Part shown: in pieces, positions 23,460 through 34,077 of the stretch | How the letters are laid out: each line of letters opens with the position of its first letter | How positions within the stretch are numbered: position 1 is the stretch's first letter | NCBI GenBank assembly: GCA_032718475.1 | Contig: JAUCBJ010000710.1 | Location: 1 to 38,451, forward strand | DNA length: 38,451 nucleotides | Reading direction: 5' to 3' | Source of the DNA: Nemertoderma westbladi | Lineage: Eukaryota; Animalia; Xenacoelomorpha | The notes under the pieces: model-generated | What the model was told of the DNA's origin: nothing | Seen by the model: only the letters and a program-made list of their open reading frames with translations | Database searches by the model: none | Position numbers and translations under genes: made by a program

Positions 23460-24885
23460 CGGAAGGTTTAGGGTTACGGTCGGTGTATCCGCCGGTCGAG
23501 GTACCCGGTTGATCGGTATCAACCTCAGTGGAACGAGGTTGAACAACCTTGAGAGTGCGTTTTAAGACAGCAGCTCTTACTGGTCACTGACGGGTCGTTT
23601 GCACGAGAGCGGTAGGTGGACCGTGTGTAGTGAGAAATTTCCTCGGTTTGATGGTTCTTTCCGACTTGCGTTCTCGGGCTCTGTCGAAATCGATATGCTT
23701 CTCCTCGAGCTGATTTTCCTCCGCTTGTCGTTGGAAGCATTCGTCCAAAACTCTTGCAGAGAGTAGGGTCGTCCAAGTTCGATATCTTCTTAGAGATTCT
23801 GGATTTCCCGATCGAACTGAGATAAAGCTAATTTGTTTACCGCTTGGGCTTGCTGCTGCAATTTACGTTTCTCTAAACAATCGTGGGTTCCTTTTCCAAT
23901 CCTTTGTCGAATAGTGTCTAACGTGTTTCGTACAACTCTCTCCTCCACCTCAGTGACAGGTTGTATCGGGGTTAAACCGGGACGATTATACGGGTTGAAC
24001 GGCGATATTAAATGTCCGCATCCCAATCCGGCTAGGTAGGATGGGCGAATATCTAGGGAGCCCACAACCGGAGTGCCACCGACTAATTGTTCGGGTAACA
24101 CTAGATCTTTGAACAATGAGTACAGTTCAGGAGGATCCGTCATACTATTAGGATCAAGAGTCTGAGGTTTCATCAGGGAATGAGGAGGTCTGACCGAGTA
24201 TTCCGGAACTCTGATCATCGGTTTATTTAAGGATCGTTTGAGTCGAGCGAGCGTAGGTGATACGTCGAACAAGTTTCGCTCGAAACTCCCATAAATATAG
24301 CGAGTAAAACTGTGTTTAGCGCAACGTCTCCGCGGATGTTTATGTCTTTCCGTGTGCTGGTTGGGTCTAGGGCATTCATCGTAATAATACCAAAGATGCA
24401 CGTCTTGTAGGGGAAACGCGGATGATCTTTCTCCAGTTTTACAATGTCTCTCTCAAGAATTCCAAATATACGTTGAAGTCACTGCGTTTATCCGGTTCTT
24501 TAACGTCTTCTCTTTCGAGTTGGTTTCAAATAGAATTTTCGTGTTCGATTCTCAGTTTATCGTTCCAACTCCGCTGGGTATGATATTTAAATAGGATCAT
24601 TTCCCTTTCGGTGTCTACATCGTCCATATCGTGTAAATCGATAGGATGGCCAGTAGTAAAGAAGTCTATATACGTACCATTACGATGCGTATAGCGAGCG
24701 GTGAATTTTCTATAGTCCAATTCACGCGTGAGCTGTTCCTTTGACATTGGCGGTTCGATATAACGGCCATCGTCTTCCGCAGTGGGTGGACTAGCGTTGC
24801 TGCGAATTAAACTATCAACAAACGCTTGCAATGGTAGGGTATATCGCTCCCTGATACCAAGATCATCTTCTATCAACTCAGTCAT
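23460..24885 (-). pseudogene. Disrupted extra ORF of unknown function in the env position of the BEL element
   Basis: ORFs 24526-24885 and 23790-24401 can be joined through one stop and one frameshift in a GA run near 24450. The frame continues past the stop at 23790 (EDIELGRPYSLQEFW...). Composition is coding-like compared with the AT-rich flank. No recognisable domain. Confidence 0.6.
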
Positions 24886-25399
24886 AGCTGCTATATGAGT
24901 TTATCGATATTATAATTAATTATAATTTAGGCTAGTTTATTCCATACAACTATCACAAATTGTACACATTTGGGCCATTTGTCTGTTAGTCAAGTGCCTT
25001 CCAGAATGCCACGTTATTATTATGTATCCCTGGATACTAGCAGTTTGCTATTTATTCCGTATGCTATTCAATGGGGCAAGCTTTTTATTGTTCTTTTAAC
25101 TCGCATCTAATTCTAGCGTGGTTGTTGCTATGGTGACATTATGGAAAGCTAGCAGTAGAATTAGGGTAATTCTCATGCATACAGATCTGGGATGCTATTT
25201 AATAGTTATTCTTTAATTGTCAATATTCCCCTTTATACATGATTTTATGAATTTTATCGGCTATTAACTATATATTAGAGATTCTCTCACGCTAATATAC
25301 TTAATAGGGTGAATCTCCACTCCTATGATCTATTAATTAATGGAATTTTGGGAATGTTATAAATTGTATAAAATGACAATTTATCAAATTCATGAGAGG

Positions 25400-27005
25400 A
25401 TATGAATTTAAAATTATTCCCGTAAATTTTATTATTTAATATTAAATAGGCACAATTTTATTCCAGAGCATGTCTGGGGACTGGAATCCTTGATTCTAGG
25501 AAATTTGTCCTTTTAAGAGTATCGGTAAGTGCTACGATATCTTAATCGACTAGAATTTTAAAGGATCTAAATTTTAACAGATTGTAATTTATAGATTTTC
25601 TTGGTTTACAAACTCCTTAGAGTTTATTTGTATGCATTTACTCTATTATAACATTTGTTTTAATAGATTTTTATAAATATTAACTATGTAATATTTAAGG
25701 GGGGGGGGGGGGGTATACCCCCCCTCAGGTAAAATTTTCAAATTGTTGTTTCTTTATTTCATCTAGAGGAGAATTTAATGAGGAATACAAATCGGAAAAC
25801 CGCTTAGTGAGACCTCTTTCAGTTCTCGAGTTATCACTGTTTTTCCGTATGACGGTCTGTCCGTCAAATTGTAAGAAAGACAGAAGACCGACAGACAGAC
25901 AAATAAACTAGATTCCACCAAAAATTAAAACTGACATCGGAAATGAAATCAGCGACCACAAAAACCCCCGCAATGAACATTTTAGCTCGTTGGTGTGCAT
26001 CCTTCGTGCCAGAAATAATTAACCAACCAGAACGCAGACAGCCAATTTTGGCGGGACGGTTTAAACTTTGAAGGGCATTTTCTCGGAATGACATTTTTCA
26101 TTTTCAAATTACTACTCCTCCGTCATTTTTTAACCAATTTTCTTCGTTTATGGCTCATTCGAACGAGCTTTGGAAGCTCTTTAAAAGTTATCTTATGGAA
26201 TTTTGATAAATATTACCATTTTTTCTAATTAGCCAATTTTAATTAAAAATATGATAATTAATTAATTAAATTAATTAATTAAAATAAAAGTGGCTAATTA
26301 AAAATTCTATAAGATAAGTTTTGTAGAGTCGATCACGCTGAGTCGAAAAAAGTTGGTTTCAAGAAATTTGGACCAAAATTGAGGGACTAGTAGCAATTTT
26401 AGTGAAATCTTTAATTCCGCCGCCAGCCGCTAGGGGGAGGCTATAAATTTTCAAATTTTACTATAAAGGCTATTTGGCCTTCCATACAGTGGTTGACCAT
26501 GACAAAATAGCAATATTATCATTTAACACTAATTGACAGCCATTTTAAAAAAAGGTTCATGGGGGGGTATACCCCCCCCCCCCCCCCCCCCCCCCCCTTA
26601 AGATGGGCACCGATTTATTCCAGAACTTGTCTGGGGACGTTAACCACTGATTCTAGAGTTTTGTCTTTCAAGTATATGAAATATATGAATTTTAAATTTA
26701 TTCCCGTAAATTTTATTATTTAATGTTAAATAGACACAATTTTATTCCAGAACGTGTCTGGGGACTTGGATCCTTGATTCTAGGAATTTTGTCTTTTTAA
26801 GAGTATCGGTAAGTGCTACGATATCTTAATCGACTAGAATTTTAAAGGATCTGATATTTGACAGATTTTGTAAATATTAATAATTAATATTTAGGATGGG
26901 CACCAGTTTATTCCAGAACTTGTCTGGGGACGTTAACCACTGATTCTAGAATTTTGTCTTTCAAGTATATCGGTGGGTGCCGCGATATCTTAATCGACAA
27001 GAATT
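25400..27005. repeat. Internal tandem repeats of the BEL non-coding region
   Basis: A ~180-bp block at 25400-25582 recurs at 26683-26867. The core TTTATTCCAGA...GTCTGGGGAC occurs four times (near 25457, 26615, 26742, 26907). Confidence 0.8.
25699..26597. mobile_element. Kolobok-like non-autonomous DNA element nested in the BEL element
   Basis: TTAA TSD at 25695-25698 and 26598-26601. Termini G(n)TATAC(n). The sister repeat unit at about 26886 (AATATTTAGGATGGGCACC) shows the empty site. Confidence 0.8.
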
Positions 27006-27554
27006 GCAGATGGTCAAAGGGTTTAATAGATTTATTTGCGTTGTACGCTACTGTTAAAGGGACATCACGCTACTATATGTATTATTTAATATATGGTATG
27101 AGAGCAATATCGCACAAAGCAATGTCAGTGTGAAGAGGCAAATCGTTTCCAAGGTCTACCCAGAGCTTGGTTTAGCCGAGACACGAGGATCTGAACTTTG
27201 CATTCCTAATAATCTGCCTACCAATAATACTTGAATATAGTAGTGGCTTTATTGTACTTTAATAAGTACGGATATGTCATCTTACTGTAGTTACGTATTT
27301 GTAATGTAATACGGACAGTAAGGAAGGAGAAAAAGAATTATTTCTCGCAGTCGCACTAAATATAATATATACGTAATTAAGTAATAAACGCGAATATATA
27401 TTGCACTAATCTACTAAATAATCGCTAAAATAACATTCTACTAAATAAAATTAAAGAAAACGATTATAATAAAATTACATAATAATACATACATAATATA
27501 AAATAATAAAAATAAATATAAAATAATATAGTCACACTCCCACTCCGTATGTTG

Positions 27555-29036
27555 TTACGTTATGGAGTCCCTAGATATTTGTTGGATTAGGGAGGTGGTT
27601 GTGGGAAGAGTATCTTGCCTTCCATAGTTTCCGGACAGTTCTCGGTCTCTTTCCAGTAAACATAAACGACCAACTGGGCGATTGAGTTGTTGTGTTTCGA
27701 ATACAATTCCAGGTTTCTTCTTCGTCCTGGAATAGTGACGATGGAAACATCGCTTCAAATACACGACGGCCTTACAAAGCCGATTCCAGGAGCTATAGTG
27801 GTTTATCGCTCTCTGCAGGAGAGGTGAGAGCCCCTGCGAGACGTCTGGTGTTCCAGATTTCCAGTCTCTTTCTCTGATTTCCACAACAGATTTATTTGTG
27901 GCGGGGGAGTTTAGATCTACAGCGTCGTCCCCTGAAATGTGTAGGACAGACAGATCAATCACGGGTTTAAATAACTTTGATTTACTCGTCCGGGTTTTAG
28001 GTTTGACTTTCTCCGCTCCCTTGGCTTGTCTAATCTCAGTCATGGTGAGATGAGGAGGCCATTCATCCTCTTCTTTACTTAGGAAGTCGAGTCCACCTAA
28101 CCAGTCTGGAGTATCTATCAGTTCTTGAGGAGTTGCTCCTCTGGAAGCGATGTCGGCTGGATTAATCGTCCCAGGGCAATGTCTCCATTGATCTACATTA
28201 GAGTTAATATCGTCATTATCTGAGGAGTATGGTGTTCCCTCAGTTGTGTTCTCTCCCTCACTGATTTCTTCTTCCCATTCACTCACCTGATGTACTTGGT
28301 CGTTAGGTAATCTTTCCATGAGTGTTCTACGGGAAGGTCCAGTGAAGTACCAACCTACTCTCGTTCTTCCCGCATATGTTTGTAATGGTTGCGGTCGAGC
28401 AGGCCATTTTTCTAATGTCTCTAGCGCCTTATGCGCATTTTGGCCGATGAGTATCTGTACTCCTGGGTAGTCGGTGTTGAATCTACGGATATCATGCTGC
28501 TGGGTAAAATCATCTTCATCCCAGTTGTAAGGTTCCACTTGGCTGGTAGCAAAGTTCTTTATCGCCACCATTTTTACTGACCTTATGCTGTATTCTCCTA
28601 GTTCGTCCTGGGGAGTGGACAACGCTCCTACATAGTAGTCTGTAGCTACTGTGGATTTCCAAACCTGCATAATTCCTGAAAGGTTCAACTTAGTTCGGAA
28701 CTTGGGTTGTCCAGCAAAGATGTCTTCGGCTAGTTCTTTGTCGATGAATGTTCCTGTGCTGCCGGAGTCAAGGAGGGCGTTTACTATAAAACTCTTACCT
28801 TTCCCGTGGACTCTCAGCTGCACCACTGGGAATTCCTGGAGTCCGACATTGGAAGTTGGCGCTTTCCAAGTTGGTTGTCTGTCCGGAATAGTCGATTGGA
28901 CTTCATTATCGGTTTCAGTCTCATACGTAAGCGCTCGATACACCGCGGTGTTTGTCATATAACAGGATTCGTTTTCGTCGGAGAATTCGTCGGTGTAGAA
29001 TCCTTCCATCTCAGAGCTGTGGTCAGTGTCGTTCAT
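27555..29036 (-). CDS. BEL/Pao truncated Pol: aspartic protease, RNase H C-terminal end and integrase tail
   Basis: ALLDSGSTGTFI, QILIG, TRVGWYFTGP, QWRHCPGTINPADIASRG, YSSWNRL and RPVGRLCLLE. No YVDD-type RT motif and no HHCC/DDE core. Confidence 0.85.
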   Translation of the reverse strand: MNDTDHSSEMEGFYTDEFSDENESCYMTNTAVYRALTYETETDNEVQSTIPDRQPTWKAPTSNVGLQEFPVVQLRVHGKGKSFIVNALLDSGSTGTFIDKELAEDIFAGQPKFRTKLNLSGIMQVWKSTVATDYYVGALSTPQDELGEYSIRSVKMVAIKNFATSQVEPYNWDEDDFTQQHDIRRFNTDYPGVQILIGQNAHKALETLEKWPARPQPLQTYAGRTRVGWYFTGPSRRTLMERLPNDQVHQVSEWEEEISEGENTTEGTPYSSDNDDINSNVDQWRHCPGTINPADIASRGATPQELIDTPDWLGGLDFLSKEEDEWPPHLTMTEIRQAKGAEKVKPKTRTSKSKLFKPVIDLSVLHISGDDAVDLNSPATNKSVVEIRERDWKSGTPDVSQGLSPLLQRAINHYSSWNRLCKAVVYLKRCFHRHYSRTKKKPGIVFETQQLNRPVGRLCLLERDRELSGNYGRQDTLPTTTSLIQQISRDSIT

Positions 29037-29045
29037 ATCACTGAA

Positions 29046-30638
29046 TTAGACATGTAGTTCGGGCTCACTTACCTGACTCGTGCGGGTTCTTTCAAATTCT
29101 GTGTGCAGCAAGATATGATGTTTCGCACCACACTTAGCACACCTAGCATCTGAGTAACAAGTCCACCGTTGGTGTCCTCGTCTGAGACAATTATAACACA
29201 ACTGCTTATCCCACATGACATCACGTCTATCCTTAAGGGATTTCTTCAGGAATTCATCACATACACTTAAACGATGGGGCCCGTCGCACAATGCACATTT
29301 GGGTTTGATGTTACTTACTTTAACCTGTGCTGTGTGGTGCACACTTGTTCTTTCATCGGGCTTTCTTCCATGAATTCTCTTAGGAGACGTGGGAGGAGTT
29401 GTTACCTGTTCTCTCCTGTCACTGGTTATATATTCTATCTTCTGTTCTCTCCTGTCACTGGTTCGAGACTTAGATTTACTTACGTCTTTACATGTTTTGT
29501 TGACATAATAAGATCTTTCGGTGTCTTTCCCGCTGTTCTCCTCGTGAGAGGTCTGGCTTTCGCCGTCGTCTGTATAACACACTGGTGTTACCTTTCTCCT
29601 AGAAACGGGTTTTTCACTCACCTTAATTTCCGGTGTCTTCTCTCGGGTCTGCTTTAGGAGCTGTAATCTTACCTCTCCATCTAAGAATGACATGAGATCA
29701 GCCATGGTAGGTTCTCTTTGTTGCTGGTCCATCATATAGAGAACCTTTTTGTCCCAGCGAGTACCTACTCCACCCTTTGGCAAAGTTGATGCTAAGGCTC
29801 CTACAACCATAGAATTCTGGTATTCTTGAGACTTACCTAACCAATCTAGTTGTCTACAGATCTCCTGAATCTCATCGGAAAACTCTATAATCCCGCTGCT
29901 AAGGAACTTTCGGGGCGCTACTAATTTCGCATACAAATACCTAGCTATGTTTGTCCTATTACCATACCTGATGTTTAGTGTATCCCAAACTTGTCTCAAT
30001 CCATCTGGATGTCCAATAAACTTTAACGCCATTAACATGGGAGGTCCTTCCAAGCACTCGATGAGGAATCTAAGTTTCTCTCCGTGGGATAGTACGGAAC
30101 TCTGTATGTTATCTTTATAATATTCATTAAAAGGTAACCATTTCATCTCATCTCCGTTGAACTTGACGATCTCTCCCACCTTTACCGCTTGACGGGCTTC
30201 AGTTCTAGCCATTTGACGCGTAAAACTTTCTTGGGCCATCGTATTATTTAATATCGAGTTATCGGTATATAAATTTCTCGGATTATGATCAGGTCTATAT
30301 GGAATATCATTATCAACAGGTTTATAATTACCCTTAATAGGGTTTACTATAGGAGTTTCTACTTCACTAGCAGTATAGATGCGTGTAGGCTCCACACCTT
30401 GCGCATGAAATATTTCAGACCTAACAGGTTGACACATTGTTACAGGGGGTGGTGGTATACCCCTTTGTATATTTACCAATTTATCGCGTTCTAAAGCGAT
30501 ACTCTGCTGCACTTCTTGCAACTCTAACCTACCCTCTCTTACTGTTCCCTTTAACTGCTGAACAGTCCCTTCCATTTCTCGGACCTGCTGGGAGGAACGT
30601 AATCGATTTTCCTCCAATTGTCCGAACAGGAGATCCAT
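29046..30638 (-). CDS. gag: BEL/Pao Gag (DUF1759-type capsid region and three Cys/His knuckles)
   Basis: KFNGDEMKWLPF..EKLRFLIECLEG, CALCDGPHRLSVC, CYNCLRRGHQRWTC and CAKCGAKHHILLH. In frame with the Pol remnant across one TAA. Confidence 0.9.
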   Translation of the reverse strand: MDLLFGQLEENRLRSSQQVREMEGTVQQLKGTVREGRLELQEVQQSIALERDKLVNIQRGIPPPPVTMCQPVRSEIFHAQGVEPTRIYTASEVETPIVNPIKGNYKPVDNDIPYRPDHNPRNLYTDNSILNNTMAQESFTRQMARTEARQAVKVGEIVKFNGDEMKWLPFNEYYKDNIQSSVLSHGEKLRFLIECLEGPPMLMALKFIGHPDGLRQVWDTLNIRYGNRTNIARYLYAKLVAPRKFLSSGIIEFSDEIQEICRQLDWLGKSQEYQNSMVVGALASTLPKGGVGTRWDKKVLYMMDQQQREPTMADLMSFLDGEVRLQLLKQTREKTPEIKVSEKPVSRRKVTPVCYTDDGESQTSHEENSGKDTERSYYVNKTCKDVSKSKSRTSDRREQKIEYITSDRREQVTTPPTSPKRIHGRKPDERTSVHHTAQVKVSNIKPKCALCDGPHRLSVCDEFLKKSLKDRRDVMWDKQLCYNCLRRGHQRWTCYSDARCAKCGAKHHILLHTEFERTRTSQVSEPELHV

Positions 30639-30663
30639 CCCCGCCGTCGCTCATCCACCCACT

Positions 30664-31790
30664 CTACCGCCGAAGCGGGAGCCGCCAACATAGTAGCGGG
30701 TAGACGAGGGATGATGGGTGACAAATCATTGATGTCTCGCTCGGCGTCCAGGACTGGGACAGTTTAGTACTGTGCAAAGGGAATTTAGAGTTAGGTTCTG
30801 GAAGTACAGGGGTCTCTATCACAGAGAGGGTGGCTTCGAGAACAGGCCTAATTATTTCAGGCTCATCTACTATAGTAGGGATTCTTTCTACTCTAATAAT
30901 TTGGTCTGTGGGTTCTGTACTACCTAAGTCTAAACTAGCTAGTTGCCTTATCACAGCTGGGGGCAAATTAGGCAATTTCTGACGGTGCGGCGTTCTTCTA
31001 CGTCTGCTGGAACGAGATCTATTTCCTCCGCCTTCAGGATCTGTTGTATTGCCTTCATCAGATGATGTAAATCCCTGTCTCTTGGGAGTAGATCGACTTA
31101 TCATCTGCATCTGACTAGCTGTTCTCTGTTTATTTAAGTAGTCTTGCTTCTCTTGACGATTTTCCAACTCTAGTTGGGTTGTCTCTTCAGATGCCCTCCA
31201 TTTTGTTTCCGCCACTGCCACTGCCGCCTTTCTTTCAACTTCTGCAGCTACTGCTGTCGCTTTTCTTTCCGCTTCTGCAGCTTTTCTTTCCACTTCTGCA
31301 GCTGCTGCTGCCGCTTTTCTTTCTGCTTCTACTGCTGCCGCTGCTGCTTTCCTTTCAGCCTCTACCGCTGCCGCTGCCGCTTCCTGTCTGTCTTCTATCT
31401 GTTTTTACTTTAGCTGCTCTTCTTGGACCCTAGCGATGCGGATGCTTTCATCAAATTTAGCCTGGACCGCGGCTAACATTTCCGCATCTAATGAGTCTAA
31501 CACAAACTTGGCTCCCTCACTATTAGGGTGAAGTCCAGCTAGCCGTCTCCTTAACTCTTTGTCACCTATAAATCATTGATAGTCCGACAGATAGATGTCA
31601 ATAGCGTCCTTCTTCTGAGGTTTCTCTGATGTAACATCGCTTTCCACTTGAGAAAAGGTAGCGTCTGTTGATTCTCCGTGGGTCGCGCGCTCAGTTAGCT
31701 GAATTTTCCATTGTGTCGTTCCTTGGACTTTAAGACTCACCCGTTGGAACCAAGTCTTTACGGCAACTTGCAACGATGTGTCTTGGCTTC
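30664..31790 (-). pseudogene. Disrupted Gag N-terminal region with Ala-rich coiled-coil repeats
   Basis: One frame with stops near 31573 and 31406, (AAAAVEAERK)-type repeats at about 31200-31385, and a frameshift near 30650-30740 relative to the main Gag. Confidence 0.7.
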
Positions 31791-31855
31791 TCTTCGAGGC
31801 TTCCTCAAAGGCGGAAAGGATTAGTCTGATCCGTAAGATTCGTTCTCGAACTTGA

Positions 31856-32436
31856 TGAAATAGCATTTAATACACTCAAAAACCACTATAATGAAAGTCG
31901 CAATTGCTACAGGTAACAGGTCCCTCTTACCTTCAGTAATCAAGAAGATTGGGGGTTTTATGATTATTTATCGGTATTCTCCAAATATAACAACATATCC
32001 ATCAACATATAACAATTAATAACAGACAGTAAACAGAAGTAAAATAATGCGGTGAAAGTCAGTATGTCGGTAGGTGCCGAGTTCAGTAGTTGAATTGAGC
32101 GAGTGACACGCTGATAATAGATTTACTTACGTTCCTATAATCAAAGCCGTCTAATGTTTGGCCAAAGTCTGAAACTTCCACAGAAGCACAGAATAATTTC
32201 CAAGCCGATGTTCTGAGGCTCAGAAAGGTAAACAAAAACCGTAATGCATTGCGCGGTTTTCTGTAGGCCTCTGTACAAGATAAAATGAAAATCGCTCTGA
32301 TTGGCCGAGCGAGCTGAACAAAGAGATGTTCCACGTTTACAGTAAATCAGCTGACAGATTTCGTCATCTGAGTTCCAGTCTTTTAGAGTATTAGGCGCAT
32401 TGCGGCAGAAAATGGCTTGTTATGTCCGCTAAAACA
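31856..32436 (-). repeat. 5' LTR of the BEL element, truncated at its outer end
   Basis: Matches 22589-23148 apart from about 4 substitutions and two indels (14 and 4 bp). Lacks the last ~105 bp of the other LTR. Confidence 0.9.
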
Positions 32437-32678
32437 CTGTTGTATAGCAGCCCCATTATCAGCAATCTTTCGAGTATCATTCGAAACGCACGCATTACCA
32501 TCTGCCTGGCTGACGGCCAACATAATAACAACATTCAAAAAAGGCGATCCCCGTCAGACCCTTATAACTATCAGCCTATATCCCTTATCTGTATTGCTTG
32601 TAAACTCATGGAAATGCGCATTAAACAGGTTTTAATAGATTATTTATTTTCTCATAAATTAATAAGTAGGGCACAACA
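32437..32678 (+). pseudogene. Decayed CR1 RT N-terminal part
   Basis: CIAAPLSAIFRVSFETHALPSAWLTANI..FKKGD / NYQPISLICIACKLME..ISRAQH. Continues at 38071. Confidence 0.85.
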
Positions 32679-32880
32679 TGTATTTTCGTTGGAAGTACTA
32701 GGCGTTGTCCAACTGTCAGATTGCAGATTTCTCTGCATTAGATATTCTAAGGCCTAACTATTTTATTTATATTATATTATATATTGAAGAAGATTAAGGA
32801 TATTCATTTGATCTGTTGATACTGCGGATTATACTGTATTGAATAAGTCTAAAGATATTAAATCCGGGTTACAATACAAG

Positions 32881-34077
32881 ATGTCGACTGCCAGTGCCAC
32901 AATTGATAGGCAGAAAAGCTCTCCAAGCAACAGAAGAGTATCCCTAATCGGTTCGTCAAAATCTACAGCAACGCGAACTTCGGCTGGGAACACCACCAAT
33001 AAAACCAAACAAAATAACACAATGTCCCAACGGACATCTACTGATGGTTACTGTGCATCTGCAAACACAATTTCCACAGTATCGCAGAGGAAAAAAGCAA
33101 AACCGAGAGAATGGATCACCACAAAGATTGAATGCTCCTTCTGCCAAACTACCTGGACTGAAATTGAAACGCAGGTGGCTGTCGAGCTTGACATATCCTC
33201 ACAAAACTTTCTTTGCGGTGTGTGTTCTGCTCAAAAGATTGAAAAGTTGGAAGCTGATCAAGCTACCCTACTGATAGACAACAGCAACCTATCGAAACAA
33301 CTAGTCCATCTGAGAAACTTAACAAATGATGTACGCAACGATACATCACAACTTACTTCAACAATAAATGAACTCGATGCAACCTTAACAAATAAGATTG
33401 ATTCATTCCAAGTTGCGACAACAAATAAACTGGCCGAACTACAATACAGGTTTGAAAACTCTGACGCTTTCAAGGTCGACTCAACTCGTCGTATGGATGA
33501 TCTTTCTGCAATTGTACATGAATTAAAGCCATCTGACTGTACCCCAACATGGGCAGACATGGTAAAGAAAAACTGTGAAGAATTAAAGACGATCAACGAC
33601 AAAATTTCCAACCCTACAAACATCACCAGAGAATTCAATGCGGCTGGAGTTGAAAAAATTATCAAGCAAAATGCAATGAGGAAGTTCAATGTCATTATCA
33701 ATAAAATGCCTGGTGACCTATCAGGGAGCAACATGGAAGATCAACATCATTGTGACAGTGCTTTTCTCGAGAAAGCTCTAGGCGAGAAGCTACACTTCCG
33801 AACAATTACACGTCTTGGTAAGAAAAGGGATGATGGACGGTCTCGACCTGTACTACTATCATTTAACACCGAGGCTGATGCATCTAACTTAATTGCAAAA
33901 CGGTACTTTACTGTCAATCAAGAGCGTATATATTTCAATAGAGACTTATCCGAGTTTGAGCGACAACTTGCATATAAACAACGAGTCAAGCGTCGTGAAC
34001 AATTCTCAAGACGGCAACACCTCCAAACAACAGCTGCAAATGGAAGTCCACAAAACCCATTTGATATTTTAGATTGA
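32881..34077 (+). CDS. LINE ORF1 (Cys finger, coiled coil, RRM/CTD-like region)
   Basis: CSFC...FLCGVC, a heptad-rich middle, TWADMVK, RLGKK..RPVLLSF and IYFNRDLSEFER. First ATG at 32881. Confidence 0.88.
   Translation: MSTASATIDRQKSSPSNRRVSLIGSSKSTATRTSAGNTTNKTKQNNTMSQRTSTDGYCASANTISTVSQRKKAKPREWITTKIECSFCQTTWTEIETQVAVELDISSQNFLCGVCSAQKIEKLEADQATLLIDNSNLSKQLVHLRNLTNDVRNDTSQLTSTINELDATLTNKIDSFQVATTNKLAELQYRFENSDAFKVDSTRRMDDLSAIVHELKPSDCTPTWADMVKKNCEELKTINDKISNPTNITREFNAAGVEKIIKQNAMRKFNVIINKMPGDLSGSNMEDQHHCDSAFLEKALGEKLHFRTITRLGKKRDDGRSRPVLLSFNTEADASNLIAKRYFTVNQERIYFNRDLSEFERQLAYKQRVKRREQFSRRQHLQTTAANGSPQNPFDILD

Larger units (their letters stand above)
22589..32436 (-). mobile_element. BEL/Pao LTR retrotransposon, internally deleted (no RT, no integrase core)
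   Basis: Two near-identical LTRs, BEL-type Gag, protease and RNase H-end motifs, and a PPT-like TGGGAGCGG abutting the 3' LTR. No TSD is visible. Confidence 0.92.

Noticed and set aside
23460-24885. Envelope gene
   Set aside because: No signal peptide, transmembrane anchor or Cys-rich ectodomain is visible.
25400-27005. Hammerhead ribozymes in the BEL internal repeats
   Set aside because: No CTGATGA...GAAA core with flanking stems was found by eye on either strand.
29046-29048. Programmed readthrough between BEL gag and pol
   Set aside because: TAA-TTC is not a leaky context, BEL elements normally have one ORF, and this copy has other nonsense mutations.
34075-34077. Selenocysteine UGA
   Set aside because: The codon sits in a linker rather than a catalytic position, and I could not identify a SECIS.
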